Positions 12,504 through 24,563 of a stretch of DNA of 64,000 nt are shown here, in pieces. Positions within the stretch are counted from its first letter, which is position 1. Every line of letters begins with the position of its first letter. The notes beneath the pieces are model-generated. The model saw only the letters and a program-made list of their open reading frames with translations. It did not search any database and was not told where the DNA came from. Origin of the DNA: Octopus sinensis (lineage: Eukaryota); NCBI RefSeq assembly GCF_006345805.1, contig NW_021836172.1, positions 1-64,000 of the forward strand, read 5' to 3'. The position numbers and the translations under genes were made by a program.

Positions 12504-12719
12504 AAGGGGCGAGATGGCAGAAACGTTAGCCCGCCGGGCGAAATGCTTACCGGTATTTCGTCTGTCTTTACATTCTGCGTTCAAATTCCGCCGAGGTCAA
12601 CTTTGCCTTTCATCCTTTTGGGGTTCGATAAATTAAGTAACAGCTGTGTACTGGGCTCGATCTAATCGACTGGTCTCCTCCCCCAAAATTCGGGCCTTGT
12701 GCCTAGTGTAGAAAAGAAA
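12504..12719 (+). mobile_element. tRNA-derived SINE (family A)
   Basis: ggcagaaacgttagc...gttcaaattccgccgaggtcaactttgcctttcatcc; copies at 18294-18490, 40390-40555, 41520-41700, 45262-45489 (all -) and 56309-56510 (+). Confidence 0.85.
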
Positions 12720-13014
12720 TATATACACGTCCATCCAGCTGAATATTTCCATCATTTAGGTTTTCAAGAAGATTTTGTGGAATATTGAAAATAAGTGACG
12801 CAATTACTGCTTCTTTAAACGATATTTGAAGTTAAACTGAAGCATTACACTATTTCATTTCAAAAACACAAAGAGGTAATAGCAAACCAGATTTAATCCT
12901 TTATTGAGAAAATTGAAAGATTTCAATGGTAAAAGAAAATTAAAAGTAAGAAAGAAAATTTTCGGTTTTTCTATGTTCCAACAAACAGTCAGGCACTGAA
13001 ACCTGTTGAAATTG

Positions 13015-13345
13015 CATTATTGTGGTTAGAGCGTCGAGCTTACGATCGTGAGGTTGTGAACTCGAATCCCAGACCGGGCTGCGTGTTGTGTTCTTGAGCA
13101 AGGCACTTTATTTCACGTTGCTCCAGTTCACTCAACTGTAGAAATGAGTTGCAACGCCACAGGTGCCAAGCTGTATCGGCCCCTTTGCCTTTCCCTTGGA
13201 TAACACTGGTGACGTAGAGAGGGGAGGCCGGTATGCATGGGCGACTGCTGGTCTCCCATAAACAACCTTGCCCAGACTTGTGCCTGGGAGTGTAACTTTC
13301 TAGGTGCAATCCCATGGTCTGTGTCGTGACCGAAGGGGGTCTCAG
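13015..13345 (+). mobile_element. tRNA-derived SINE (family B)
   Basis: A box (gtggttagagcg) and B-box-like (aactcgaatccc) head; reverse copy at ~38200-38540. Confidence 0.85.
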
Positions 13346-13900
13346 GTATTGTGGATTAGAGTCTCTCGGTTGCATAAGGTTGTATGAAAAGGTAGAAAGA
13401 ATTGTTCTATACAAGAAATATATTTAATGTTAATAAGTGAAAATAGGATTTTATTATGCAAAATATGATGAAAGACGATTCTTGGAGGGATTCTTTATTT
13501 CTTGGAGACATTCTATATATCGATTCTCAATTAGAATTTGGTTTCTGCTGTTCTATCTCATTACCAGAACTTCTACCTGGAAGCGTAAATGAGAAAACGA
13601 TATAAAATATATCTATACATATATACATACATGTATAGATATACAAACATATACATATAACATTCCAATATTACATCTTGTAATCGAAAAATGAAGTATC
13701 CAATACTTAGTATAATGTTTATATTTAGTTCCTTTCCCCCCGGACTCTACTTCCATACAACTGTAATCCTTTGATGACCTCGGCTTCTTAGAGCCACGCT
13801 CTTGCTTGATGGGACTGGAGTCATTGCAAATTAGTAGTCCCTGAGGCGTAGAGCCGACCAGGTCAACCAGTGATTCACATTGCAGGCGACAAGATGGCAG

Positions 13901-14058
13901 CCTCTCTGCATCCTGGTCCCATGCTAGCATCTCTGTATCTTGGTCCCATGCCAACCTCTCTGCATCTTTGTCCTGCGCCAACATCTCTGCATCCTGATCC
14001 TATGCCAGCCTCTCTGCATCTTGGTCCCATACCAACCTCTCTGAATCCTGGTCCCAAC
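13901..14058. repeat. 27-bp minisatellite, ~6 copies
   Basis: cctctctgcatc(c/t)tggtcccatgc(t/c)a(g/a) repeats. Confidence 0.85.
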
Positions 14059-16661
14059 TCAGCCCCTCTACTCATTTCTAAATTTTTCTCCTTGGTATGC
14101 AGTTTCCGGACATAACAGCTTATGATTTTACAAGCCATGAGCATATAAGTCGTTGGACTGACTAGCTGTCCCACCTTCGAACCAGGCGGGTAGGTGGTGT
14201 TGATAAGTCCGTAAAATGGCGAAACATCGATTTCTATCAATCCTAAATGGGATTGAAGGTAAGTTATCTCGCCTGTCCACGGCTCTAAGGTATTTTAACA
14301 CCGGTGACATGAGAGTTATATACTCCGCTACGCCATTGCAGCCACCGGAAAATGCACAAAGCATAAACACTAATATATGTATTTAACAATATTTATTGTA
14401 CTAGAACTTATTATTTATTAGTTGAGGCTATGTAATTGTAATAAAGGAAAAATTATTAAGCCTTCATTGTCTCTAAAACTCTTATAAATTCCAATTTTAA
14501 CTTATTTTTATCAAAATATCGTTCTTAAATTTCTTTTATGAGATAAGGTTTCATCTTCAAGATTTAATCACAAAAGTGACATCTTAGAATGCTGGATGGA
14601 GTTTTTAACGTCGCTGTTTTTATTTCTGGAAAGAGTACAGCTGCAAATATTTGCAGCTACACTTTCTACAGAAAGTTTAATCAGGCATTAACCAAACCAT
14701 ATTGATTCCAGTATCCTTCCATATTTGTTGAGTTCTGTTGAAGAAATCCAAAGCGGATTAGAATTTGTGATAATAATCAGCTTTTGATTCCAAAAGCGAT
14801 TGTAATTCCTTACACCATTTCTACCAAATATATACAAGCATTATCTTCTTTCCATTCAAGTATTTCCTCCGAATTTCTTACTTCATAACTTTCAGGAAAG
14901 TAGGTTTTTTTTTTAGTAAATTTCTCTTCAGATAACTTTCAGATGATGTAAACTATATTGGAATTTGGTTTTCATCCTAAATTCATGTTTTGATGATGTA
15001 GAATACAATTAAGTTTGGAAAATTACTTTTTAGGCCTATTCCACTTTTTTCTTCTGGGATTTGTTAAATGTATTTTTTTCATAAAATGCATTTTTTCATA
15101 GATATTGGCAGTTTTTGAAATAAAACAAATAATCAGCTTTGAATTTGTTGATATGGCTATATGGAATCCTATGATTCTTGCTATTTCTAGCATACTAAAT
15201 GAGGATGGGCTCCCTTTCTGTTTGTTTAAAAAGGGAGCCATAAATTTAAGTCAACATAACAGCCGATTTCTTCATGTCTTTGAATGTTTTGTATTATTCC
15301 GAATTTGTTTACCGAGCGCGTAAATACGATGAAACGAATAAAAGGTAGAAATGAAAATTAGTCGTAACATACCAGAAAGTTTACACAAATCGGGAACCAA
15401 ATGTGGGAACATAACTTAGCGACTGCAATTAGTAGTATTAATAGCAGAGGCAGAAACACTAGTTTCAGCATTATATTGTTCTATGCTTTTTCTGAATTAT
15501 CAAACTATAAACTAATTCTACTTAAATACACAAAGTAGATTATCCTACCTCCTTTTCTTTTTTCGTGTCATGATAGCGGTGGTCACTTACAAAATCCTAC
15601 ACTAAAGTATCTGTCCAGTTTATATTCTGGAATTCTTTCCTCACCCATGTGTTTGCTGCAAACATCAACCACATCGAACTTACCAGCCTCTCTATTTGTA
15701 TCTAAACAGTTCATAAAAGAAAATCGAAATTGAAATGCTTACTTGAAACAAACGTGAATTATTACTGTAAGAATAAGACAGACAAATGATAATCCACAGC
15801 CAATGTTGGATATAACAGATAAGGATTTATCATTTTTCCTATCGTCTTCATTCCTGTAGACATCCTACGATAGAAACAAACAACAATAGTTTAGCTCCTC
15901 TTCGTCCTCTTTTCTCATATGTTAGTTAACACTTATATAAACGAATGTGTACAATGTTGGTGTAGGAGATGAGGACGACTGCATGCTGTATTATTAATGT
16001 TCCTTACAACGCTGACAATAATAGAGACAATATCAGTGACCTGACTGTTTAATCTCCGTCCTTGGAATATCAGTAGAACTCGTATGGACTTAACTAACAT
16101 GTTTGGTAGTTCAGCTTTTCCTTCAGGCTGGAATATTTACCATAGACAGGGGAATGGTTTACTGTTGTAGGTAGCAGAGGTATTAACAGGCAGGTATTGG
16201 ATAGATGTATATTCTATGTATATTGCTGACATGAAAGTCTGGGGTGAAGAAATCCCATGAACGAGAGGAAAGATCTTGTAGCAGAATTATGAAGGGACCA
16301 AAGTTTAATGTCTGAGCAACAAACACACCTCAACATAAATGAAGAGATTTAAATTAAGAAAGATGACCCTGACCATCTCTACGCCATTCACATCAATGCT
16401 GGAGGAATCGCCATGCATTGCATTAAGAATGGTGGCTTCGTACATCTAAAAGCCATCATCCTGAGTATAAACTCTAAACAACAGCAATGGCAACAAAAAC
16501 AACAGCGACATTTTACAATATATCAACCTTATATATTTACCAAGATAGCCTCCAACACAAAGTCTTGTGGATATGTTATTGTAAAACTCTTTAAAATTAT
16601 TGATGCATTTACATAACTGCCAAATTACAAGTAATTAACAACTGGTCATAATGTTACCAAC

Positions 16662-16811
16662 CATTAATAAGGCAAAACTTGTAAGATGGTCGCAGGAACA
16701 AACTACTTTCTTTCCAGGTACATAATCGGATATTTTACAGCCTTTTGTTGCCCAATGAGGATCCTCTCCTGAAGTTTCCTCCCAGGAAACACATTCTGGG
16801 TTGTCGGCATT
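16662..16811 (-). CDS. aGPCR exon: GPS autoproteolysis motif
   Basis: NADNPECVSWEETSGEDPHWATKGCKISDYVPGKKVVCSCDHLTSFALLM (C..W...W...GC...C.C.HL/TSF); tttcag acceptor, gttggt donor, 150 nt. Confidence 0.95.
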
Positions 16812-17152
16812 CTGAAACAAATTAATTTCTAATAATTTAATCAAATCACTTTCTAATTAGAGTACATGTAATTATGATGTCTCTTTTGACTTACAAAGAA
16901 GATACCAAGGTCATTAATGTTTGGTTGGTATTGACATTGTGAACTCCACCTCGGATGCTGTGACATAGTTTAACTGACCATTTCATCTTGTTTATAGATC
17001 TTTGTCTTTTCTCATAATTTACACTGCATCGTCATAACAACGGAAGAACACGATATTGGATGCAGTAGTTCAGGAAATATTTGATGAAATATAAAATGAT
17101 GTGATGGTCACGGCTGGGATGTGATGGTATGAACATAAACAGCAACAATTAC

Positions 17153-17281
17153 CTGGTTTATTAAATTGAAGGATATATTAATTGGTTCATCAAGGTTGCT
17201 TATTGAAACGTTGGGGATACTGGCACTAATAATATGGCTGTTAATTTCAGTATTTCCTTTGGCACTGGAGTTTTGTGTTAC
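17153..17281 (-). CDS. aGPCR exon: GAIN subdomain B
   Basis: VTQNSSAKGNTEINSHIISASIPNVSISNLDEPINISFNLINQ; ttcacag acceptor, gtaatt donor, 129 nt, phase 0-0. Confidence 0.9.
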
Positions 17282-17834
17282 CTGTGAAGAGATGTTATTA
17301 AGTAAATTAATTTATTCAATGGAAAACATTATTAAAGCATGAAACGATCAGACGTTAGTATTGTTTTGTTAAGGTTATTTCTACAGATATAAAATAGAAA
17401 TTTTAGCCAACACTGATTTTTGTTACAACGATTCGTATCGGGACGTCAGATGTAACCTATGAAATCGAAAACAGGAATGTGTAATGCGTATATATGCCAT
17501 ATTGTGGAGGGCTTTTCCTCTTCATCAGCACCGGTCTAACCCATTCTCGCCTCCGAACATATTGCTTATATAGCCACCGCTTTCAGTCATTGGATATACC
17601 AATTAACATACTAAACGCATTCCTGAAGCTGGTATGTAAATATTAATGAGTTGTAGGTAGGTGGTATTTCTTTATGCAACCATGCTATACTAGAAATTAT
17701 ATTAAATGTATTTTTTAAGTCAACGCTATGTACAGTGCTTTTTACATTACTTTGTGAAGGTTATTTCTACAACATTTCTTACCAAGACGTCAGATGAAAA
17801 ACAATGAGATCGAAGATGAAAATGGGTAATGATT

Positions 17835-17880
17835 GTATTTATCATATTTCGGGGGCTTGCTCCCCCTTTCATCAGCACTC
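17835..17880 (-). ncRNA. Degenerate type I hammerhead (second, more decayed copy at 17491-17531)
   Basis: gagtg CTGATGA aa-ggggg-agcaag-ccccc GAAA TATG ATA aatac: core and stem II intact, stem I poor. Confidence 0.5.
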
Positions 17881-17944
17881 ATCTATCCCATTACACAATC
17901 GTTACTTTAGTCAGCAGCACAACTTAATGCAATATATATTAGTT

Positions 17945-18490
17945 TCAAATTTTGGTCTGAGGCCAGCAATTTCTGGAGGAGGGGTAAATCGATTACATCA
18001 ACCCCGCTGCTCTTATTTCATCGATCTTGAAATGATGGAAGGTAGAGTCAACCTCGGCGTAATTTGAACCCACAACATAAAAAGGAACGAAATGCCGCAA
18101 AACATTTTACCCGGCGTGCTAACGACTCTGCCAGCTCAACAATCTATAATAATCGTTTCTGCTGGAAGCACAAAGCCTCAAATCTAAAGGAAGGGATTAA
18201 GTCGACTACATTGACCCCAGTGCCTAAGTGGTACTAACTTTATCGACATCGTCGGAATTTGAACTCAGAACGTAGCGGCAAACGAAATACCTATCTCTTT
18301 ACTGCCCACAAGGGCCTAAACACAGAGAGGACAATCAATGACAGACAAACGGATTAAGTCGATTATATCGACCCCAGTGCCTGTTGGTACTTATTTAATC
18401 GACCCCGAAAGGGTGAAAGGCAAAGTCGACCTCGGCGGAATTTGAACTCAGAACGTAACCGCAGACGAAATACCCCTAAGCATTTCGTCC
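17945..18490 (-). mobile_element. Cluster of three family-A SINE copies
   Basis: Repeated gtcgacctcggcggaatttgaactcagaacgta motif at ~18050, ~18255 and ~18425. Confidence 0.8.
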
Positions 18491-18491
18491 A

Positions 18492-18818
18492 GAGGGTAAT
18501 TTCAAGGCCAGGTTCAATAACCACACTTTGAGCTTTAGGCACTGGAACAAAAGAAAAGCGACACAATTATCCAATCATATTTGGTCTTTAAGAGATAAAG
18601 GTGTCGATTATAACATACAATGGAAGATTTTGGCCAGATGTAAGCCCTATACCAACGGCAGCGGAAGGTGCGGTTTATGCGACATGGAGAGATGGCTTAT
18701 CTAGAAAAGCAGCTTAGACCCTACCACATGTCTAAATACAAGGACAGAGCTTTTCGGATCATGCCCACATGTGACTAAATTTCTGTTACGTTTTTGGTCC
18801 CCTAAAGAAAACGGATAG
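18492..18818 (+). mobile_element. Penelope-like GIY-YIG endonuclease C-terminal fragment
   Basis: EGNFKARFNNHTLSFRHWNKRKATQLSNHIWSLRDKGVDYNIQWKILARCKPYTNGSGRCGLCDMERWLI*...LNTRTELFGSCPHVTKFLL (not in the ORF track). Confidence 0.85.
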
Positions 18819-19097
18819 AACATGCTTTCTGTGTAATGTCCCAAGAAGATTTTATATATTTTTATATATTTTTATATATTTTTATGTATTTTTATATAAT
18901 TTTTATGACGAAAAATGCGAGCGATGTATAAGTACGCAGGCAAAGCAGAGTTATAACAGAGTAATTTCCCTTCATTTTTAACGGTATTTTTTCATAACGT
19001 TTTCAAATAGCCAGATAACCGAAGAGATGGTGTTGTGGATTTCCACTTCGGCATCTGAAACTCAGAGTTTTATCTTGACTACCGAGTAATGTAACAT

Positions 19098-19154
<57 letters not shown>

Positions 19155-20130
19155 TATATATATGACTATCCCTAGTCTCAACAAAAATTGTTTAACACGC
19201 AAATTCACATAAAGAATCTTGCAAGCCAAATACAAAACGAAATATATGTATGGCGATCGAGCTAAATCTGCCAATTTTCATAAAATGGAAAGGAAAGTAC
19301 AATATCCTTTCCAAATATTAAAGTATTTTCAAAACTCAAAACAATATCCACAAGGTTATGGCTAAAAAGTAATAGTTTACTCCAAGTACCCATACTCAGT
19401 TCCCACCACGGTCGCGAGACACCTCCGGAACCTGACAAATGCGTTTCTTACCGGGTTCCTGGTTTTTGAAAACCTCTCTAATCTTAGCAACCAGCTCAGC
19501 CTTGCTCCTACAGGCAGGCAGGTAGGCAGGCTGATGTCTTTCTCAACCTGACCCACACAGGTCAGAAATTGGGGTTAATGAAATTAAATTCTCTAACAAT
19601 ATCTTCTGACTCTTTTCCAGGGATTTTCCAAAGGGCCGCGTCCTGCTGCCACACTTATTGCCTTACAGCAGCTATCCTTCCCGGTAAGTAGCCTTTTTCG
19701 AATTCAGCTTAAGACTCTGTTCATAGGTTAAACTATGACACAGGCCCAAGAACAAGTGGCTGACAACAGGGGAGGATGCAGGGCTACACCTCTTTCAATG
19801 TGTTTGGGTGACAGTACAATATAGACAATGGTAACGAGGTGACAGGGTGTGCCATCAAGGTAAGACGAAGGTAAGTATAAAACGGAACAGGGGAAAAGAA
19901 TGCGTAGTGAGTAAAGAGAATGGCAGGGGGTAAAGTTGGGACAGGAGGTGAATTGTGGGAGTGATGAAAAGAGACAGAGGTGTGGTTCACAGTAAACGTC
20001 ATTATGGAGCAGAGGGGGTTGCTGAGAGACAGAAAGACAGAGAGAAAAAGAGGAGAGAGAGAGAGAAGTGGTTCAAGAAGGAGGAAGTGATAGTGGTGGC
20101 ACAAGAATCATGGTGAGTTGATACATATAT

Positions 20131-20790
20131 ATGTGGAAGCACTCCGTCGGTTACGACGATGAGGGTTCCGGTTGATCCGAATCAACGGAACAGCCTGCTC
20201 GTGAAATTAACGTGTAAGTGGCTGAACACTCCACAGACACGTGTACACTTAACGTAGTTCACGGGGATATTCAGCGTGACACAGAGAGTGACAAGGCCGG
20301 CCCTTTGAAATACAAGTACAACAGAAACAGGAAGTAAGAGTGAGAGAAAGTTGTGGTGAAAGAGTACAGCAGGGATCACCACCATCCCTGCCGGAGCCTC
20401 GTGGAGCTTTAGGTGTTTTCGCTCAATAAACACTCACAACGCCCGGTCTGGGAATCGAAACCGCGATCCTATTACTGCGAGTCCGCTGCCCTAACCACTG
20501 GGCCATTGCATGGCCCAGTGGTTAGGGCAGCGGACATGGTGGTGATCCCTGCTGTACTCTTTCACCACAACTTTCTCTCACTCTTACTTCCTGTTTCTGT
20601 TGTACTTGTATTTCAAAGGGCCGGCCTTGTCACTCTCTGTGTCACGCTGAATATCCCCGAGAACTACGTTAAGGGTACACGTGTCTGTGGAGTGCTCAGC
20701 CACTTACACGTTAATTTCACGAGCAGGCTGTTCCGTTGATTCGGATCAACCGGAACCCTCATCGTCGTAACCGACGGAGTGCTTCCACAT
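20131..20790. mobile_element. Head-to-head inverted pair of family-C tRNA-SINEs (long palindrome)
   Basis: 20131-20507 (-) and 20508-20790 (+) are reverse complements; centre gggccattgcatggccc; right copy lacks ~110 bp after its head. Confidence 0.9.
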
Positions 20791-20817
20791 ATATATGTAT
20801 ATATATATATGTATATA

Positions 20818-20872
<55 letters not shown>

Positions 20873-20912
20873 TTATATATATGTATGTAAATACACGTGT
20901 GTGTTGTGTGTG

Positions 20913-21190
20913 TGGAGGCGCAATTGCCCAGTGGTTAGGGCAGCGGACTCGCGGTCGTAGGATTGCGGTTTCGCTTCCCAGACCGGGCATTGTGAGTGTT
21001 TATTGAGCGAAAACACCTAGGAGCTCCACGAGGCTCCGGCAGTGGGGTGGTGATCCCTGCTGTACTCTTTCACCACTATTTCTCCCACTGTTTCTTCTCT
21101 TGGCCTGCTCGGTTACCCAGCGGGGTGGCGTTTTCGAACGCATTATGACCAGTGATGTGTAACAACATCTAATGGTCTGGTCGGTCACGT
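20913..21190 (+). mobile_element. tRNA-SINE (family-C head, different 3' part)
   Basis: gtggaggcgcaattgcccagtggttagggcagcggactc...gtttcgcttcccagaccggg head. Confidence 0.8.
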
Positions 21191-21195
21191 GATCA

Positions 21196-21235
<40 letters not shown>

Positions 21236-21416
21236 ATAATAAATATTAGGGAATATATCCAAATTTACAGGGAAAAAAAATCAGATTTGGGATTAAATCC
21301 AATTTTATAGTAAAATATTATAAAATATTATTTGAGACAAAACCACTATTTTGCAAAAAAACAACAAGGAAAGACTTAATCAATACATAAAATTTAATAA
21401 ATAGTCAAAAAAACCG

Positions 21417-21459
21417 CCACTACAATCGTTTCTTGTCTTGATCGACAATCTTCAGGTGG
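21417..21459 (-). ncRNA. Type I hammerhead ribozyme (left arm)
   Basis: ccac CTGAAGA ttgtc-gatcaa-gacaa GAAAC GATT GTA gtgg. Confidence 0.85.
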
Positions 21460-21770
21460 ACTTCCAATCTAAAAATCAAAATTTTAAATATAAAAATAAT
21501 AATTTTAAATAATTAAAGTATAAATGAAAAAATATAAGTATATAATCCATATATAACCTATATATAATCCATATCGAAAATATAGACAAATTACCACGAA
21601 TTCCCTAAAAAAAAAAACCATGATAAAACAAAACTCTTAAAAACATATAACGATAAAATCTCCCTTTGCTAAACTCTATAACAAACCTATAAAGTAAACC
21701 CCCTAACCTAAACATTCACACACAAATACACACACGTAAACCACAGACTCACGACTTATACACATACCTA

Positions 21771-22209
21771 GATAAATCTAATTGTATATTAAATAATAAT
21801 TGTGATATTAACGATGTAGTGTATAAATGTATAGTTACATTACATGATAATAACTTTAAGAATAATAATTACACAAAAGCGGTTTATATAGGTTCTACTT
21901 CCTCAAAAATAAAACTAAGAATTGCACAACATATGAATCTTTTAAAAATAAAAACTTAATCAATTCAACCGGACTTAGTAAGTATATTTGGAGTCTTAAA
22001 TCACTAAATATTAATATAGTTTAATATGGGAAATAATTTGTAAAACTAAATCATATAATATAGGAGCTAATTGTTGTTATTTATGCTCTAATGAGTTTAA
22101 AGAAATTTTATTTTATAAGTATGATAATTTACTTAATACTGGGGAGGAGCGCAAAATAAAATGTAGACACAAGTTACTTTACTTATATAATAAGTTTCAT
22201 GATAAATAG
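21771..22209 (+). pseudogene. GIY-YIG endonuclease domain of the Penelope-like element (two 1-nt frameshifts)
   Basis: CILNNNCDINDVVYKCIV...VYIGSTSSKIKLRIAQH / SFKNK...STGLSKYIWSLK / WEIICKTKSYNIGANCCYLCSNEFKEIL...LLNTGEERKIKCRHK..*; frameshifts near 21937 and 22014. Confidence 0.85.
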
Positions 22210-24520
22210 CAATAATAGTTCCCTTTTAGGTTATTTTAGTTTAGTTTAAATTAGTTTAGATGATATATTGGTTATGTTGTCTAGGATTTAATTATAGTTA
22301 GTCTTTATTGATATTTCTTTGTTTTAATTAGTTCATTTTTAATGTATATTAATTTAGCAGTTTATGGTACGTTAAAACTTTAATAATTTATATTAGATTT
22401 TTTTATTTTTTATTTTGTATTTTTATTTATTTTATTTTATTATGTATTTTTATTTTGCATTTGTTATATGTATTTTGAGGATATATTTTATATGGTTTGG
22501 GTGTTATTTAGTGGTGTTTTATTGAGTTTTGTATGTATGTGTGAATGTTTAAGATCCCTTTGTTTTTTGTTTTTATTTGTATGTTGAATTGACAGATTTT
22601 ATTTGGGTATTGTCTTTTATAATAAAGTACACACCCATAACAATTATAAGTGCCCACTTCATTCGTTGTACTTGGGTTTGCATGTGAGCCTCAGCATATG
22701 CACCTAACGGCCACTCCAGCCCCACATGGATAAATAAACACAACATCCCCTAAATAATAAAAAAAAAAAAAAAAAAAAAAAATGGGAGTAATCCCATTCA
22801 CACCAATTATTTGTATACAATTATACACACTTGAATAATACATATAGCCCTAATACCCATACATACAACATACTAATAATCCCAACTAACCACCATCACA
22901 AATGAAACCCACACCCATACAATGACAAAACTCCCCCATACCCTATTTACACCTACATAGTAATCTTAATATATTCTTCCATACATGGACGCAAGTGCGT
23001 GAAGCACATGAACATAATTAGTACGTACAACCCCTAATGCACACTAATATATACGTATCAAGCTCGACCTCCACAGTGATAAGTTTACACAATCACACCC
23101 AGATGGGTGAATTGCACAACCAGTGAATGCTCACACATACGGGCGCGATTACATTGTTGCATATATCGAGCCAAAATAGTATGCATATGTACATGTGAGG
23201 GGTACACGTAAATGAAGTGAGCGTGTACCCCCTGTATTTATACCCGTGCGTGAATATACACATGGAGACTACCACACAGGTACAAATGTGTTTAGAAATG
23301 GGAGCCCCATCACTACACTTAATGTATACTCTCACCCATCCGCACGGATGTGTAAGTGTATCTCCGGTGTATATGTTGAGGCTTATATTTAGAGTTATTG
23401 AAGGGAACGTCGTTGAAATTGTGAATGAATGGGTAGAGTTGGGAATTGTAACCGGGTGGTGGACTAGTGTTGTTTGGAATTGTGAATGGATTAGGGTGGT
23501 AATGAGGTAGGCATTGAGTATGGGTTACTGTAAGTTGTTTGTTAGAGTTACTAGGGTGAGCTAAAGCTCATAAATGTATATAATTGATTTTTCATGATAG
23601 TTTTTAAAGAATCCATTCATAATAAATTTTTTTTAAGTAGCGTTGGTTTGCTACGTGTAAATAGTTTTTAGTTCCATTTATTATATTTCTCCATTCATAC
23701 TATGAATGACGTTTACTTTCTATGGCGCGTATTCTTTTTTTACATTAGTTATTTCCATGGTAACGTAATTTTGTTTGGTTTTTTAACGGTTAAGAATCTA
23801 ATTTCACTTCATAATTTGTAACTGAATTGTAAGTATGTATTTGATTTATCCTTATGTCATAATATTATTTTTGATATTCTGGTTAATTACGATGTATTTA
23901 TTGTTGTTTTCATAAGAGTGTTATGTATATGAGATTGGTTGTGAGTTTTTAATTGTATAATTAATTTATTTATCTGTATGAGTGTGGGTGTAAATATTGT
24001 TGTATATATCGAGTTTTAGTGAGTATGTATATGCGTATATGTGAGGGAGCATATGTATCTGTTGTGTGTGTGTGTTTTGGCGTGTGTGTTGTGTTGTGTG
24101 TGAATGTGTATTTGGGTTTGTTATTTAGGATTTGGGATGTATGTGTTAATTTGTCTGTGTGGGGAGGGAGTGGTTTTTGGTGTATATTGAGGTTTATAAG
24201 TTAGTATAGGTATGTGTATAAGTCTTGGGTCTGTGGTTTACGTGTGGGTTTTTTGTGTGTGAATGTTTAGGTTAGGGGGATTGCTATATAAGTTTGTTAT
24301 AGGGTTTAGCAAAGGGAGATTTTATCGTTATATGCTTTTATGAGTTTTGGTTTATCATGGTTTTTTTTTTTAGGGAATTCGTGGTAATTTGTCTATATTT
24401 TCGATATGGATTATATATAGGTTATATATGGATTATATACTTATATTTTTTCATTTATACTTTAATTATTTAAAATTATTATTTTTATATTTTAAAATTT
24501 TGATTTTTTAGATTGGAAGT

Positions 24521-24563
24521 CCACCTGAAGATTGTCGATCAAGACAAGAAACGATTGTAGTGG
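24521..24563 (+). ncRNA. Type I hammerhead ribozyme (right arm)
   Basis: Same 43 nt as 21417-21459, on the opposite strand. Confidence 0.85.

Noticed and set aside
13015-13085. tRNA gene (also 20913-20985 and 43524-43594)
   Set aside because: A/B boxes are present but the acceptor stem is not, and each continues into a multicopy SINE body
14600-15320. Degenerate coding-like stretch on the minus strand
   Set aside because: Many stops and no motif I can assign; not hydrophobic enough for 7TM exons
22210-24206. Mitochondrial insertion (NUMT), suggested by strong strand skew
   Set aside because: No mitochondrial protein, tRNA or rRNA motif recognisable; the segment lies between a PLE endonuclease and a pLTR arm
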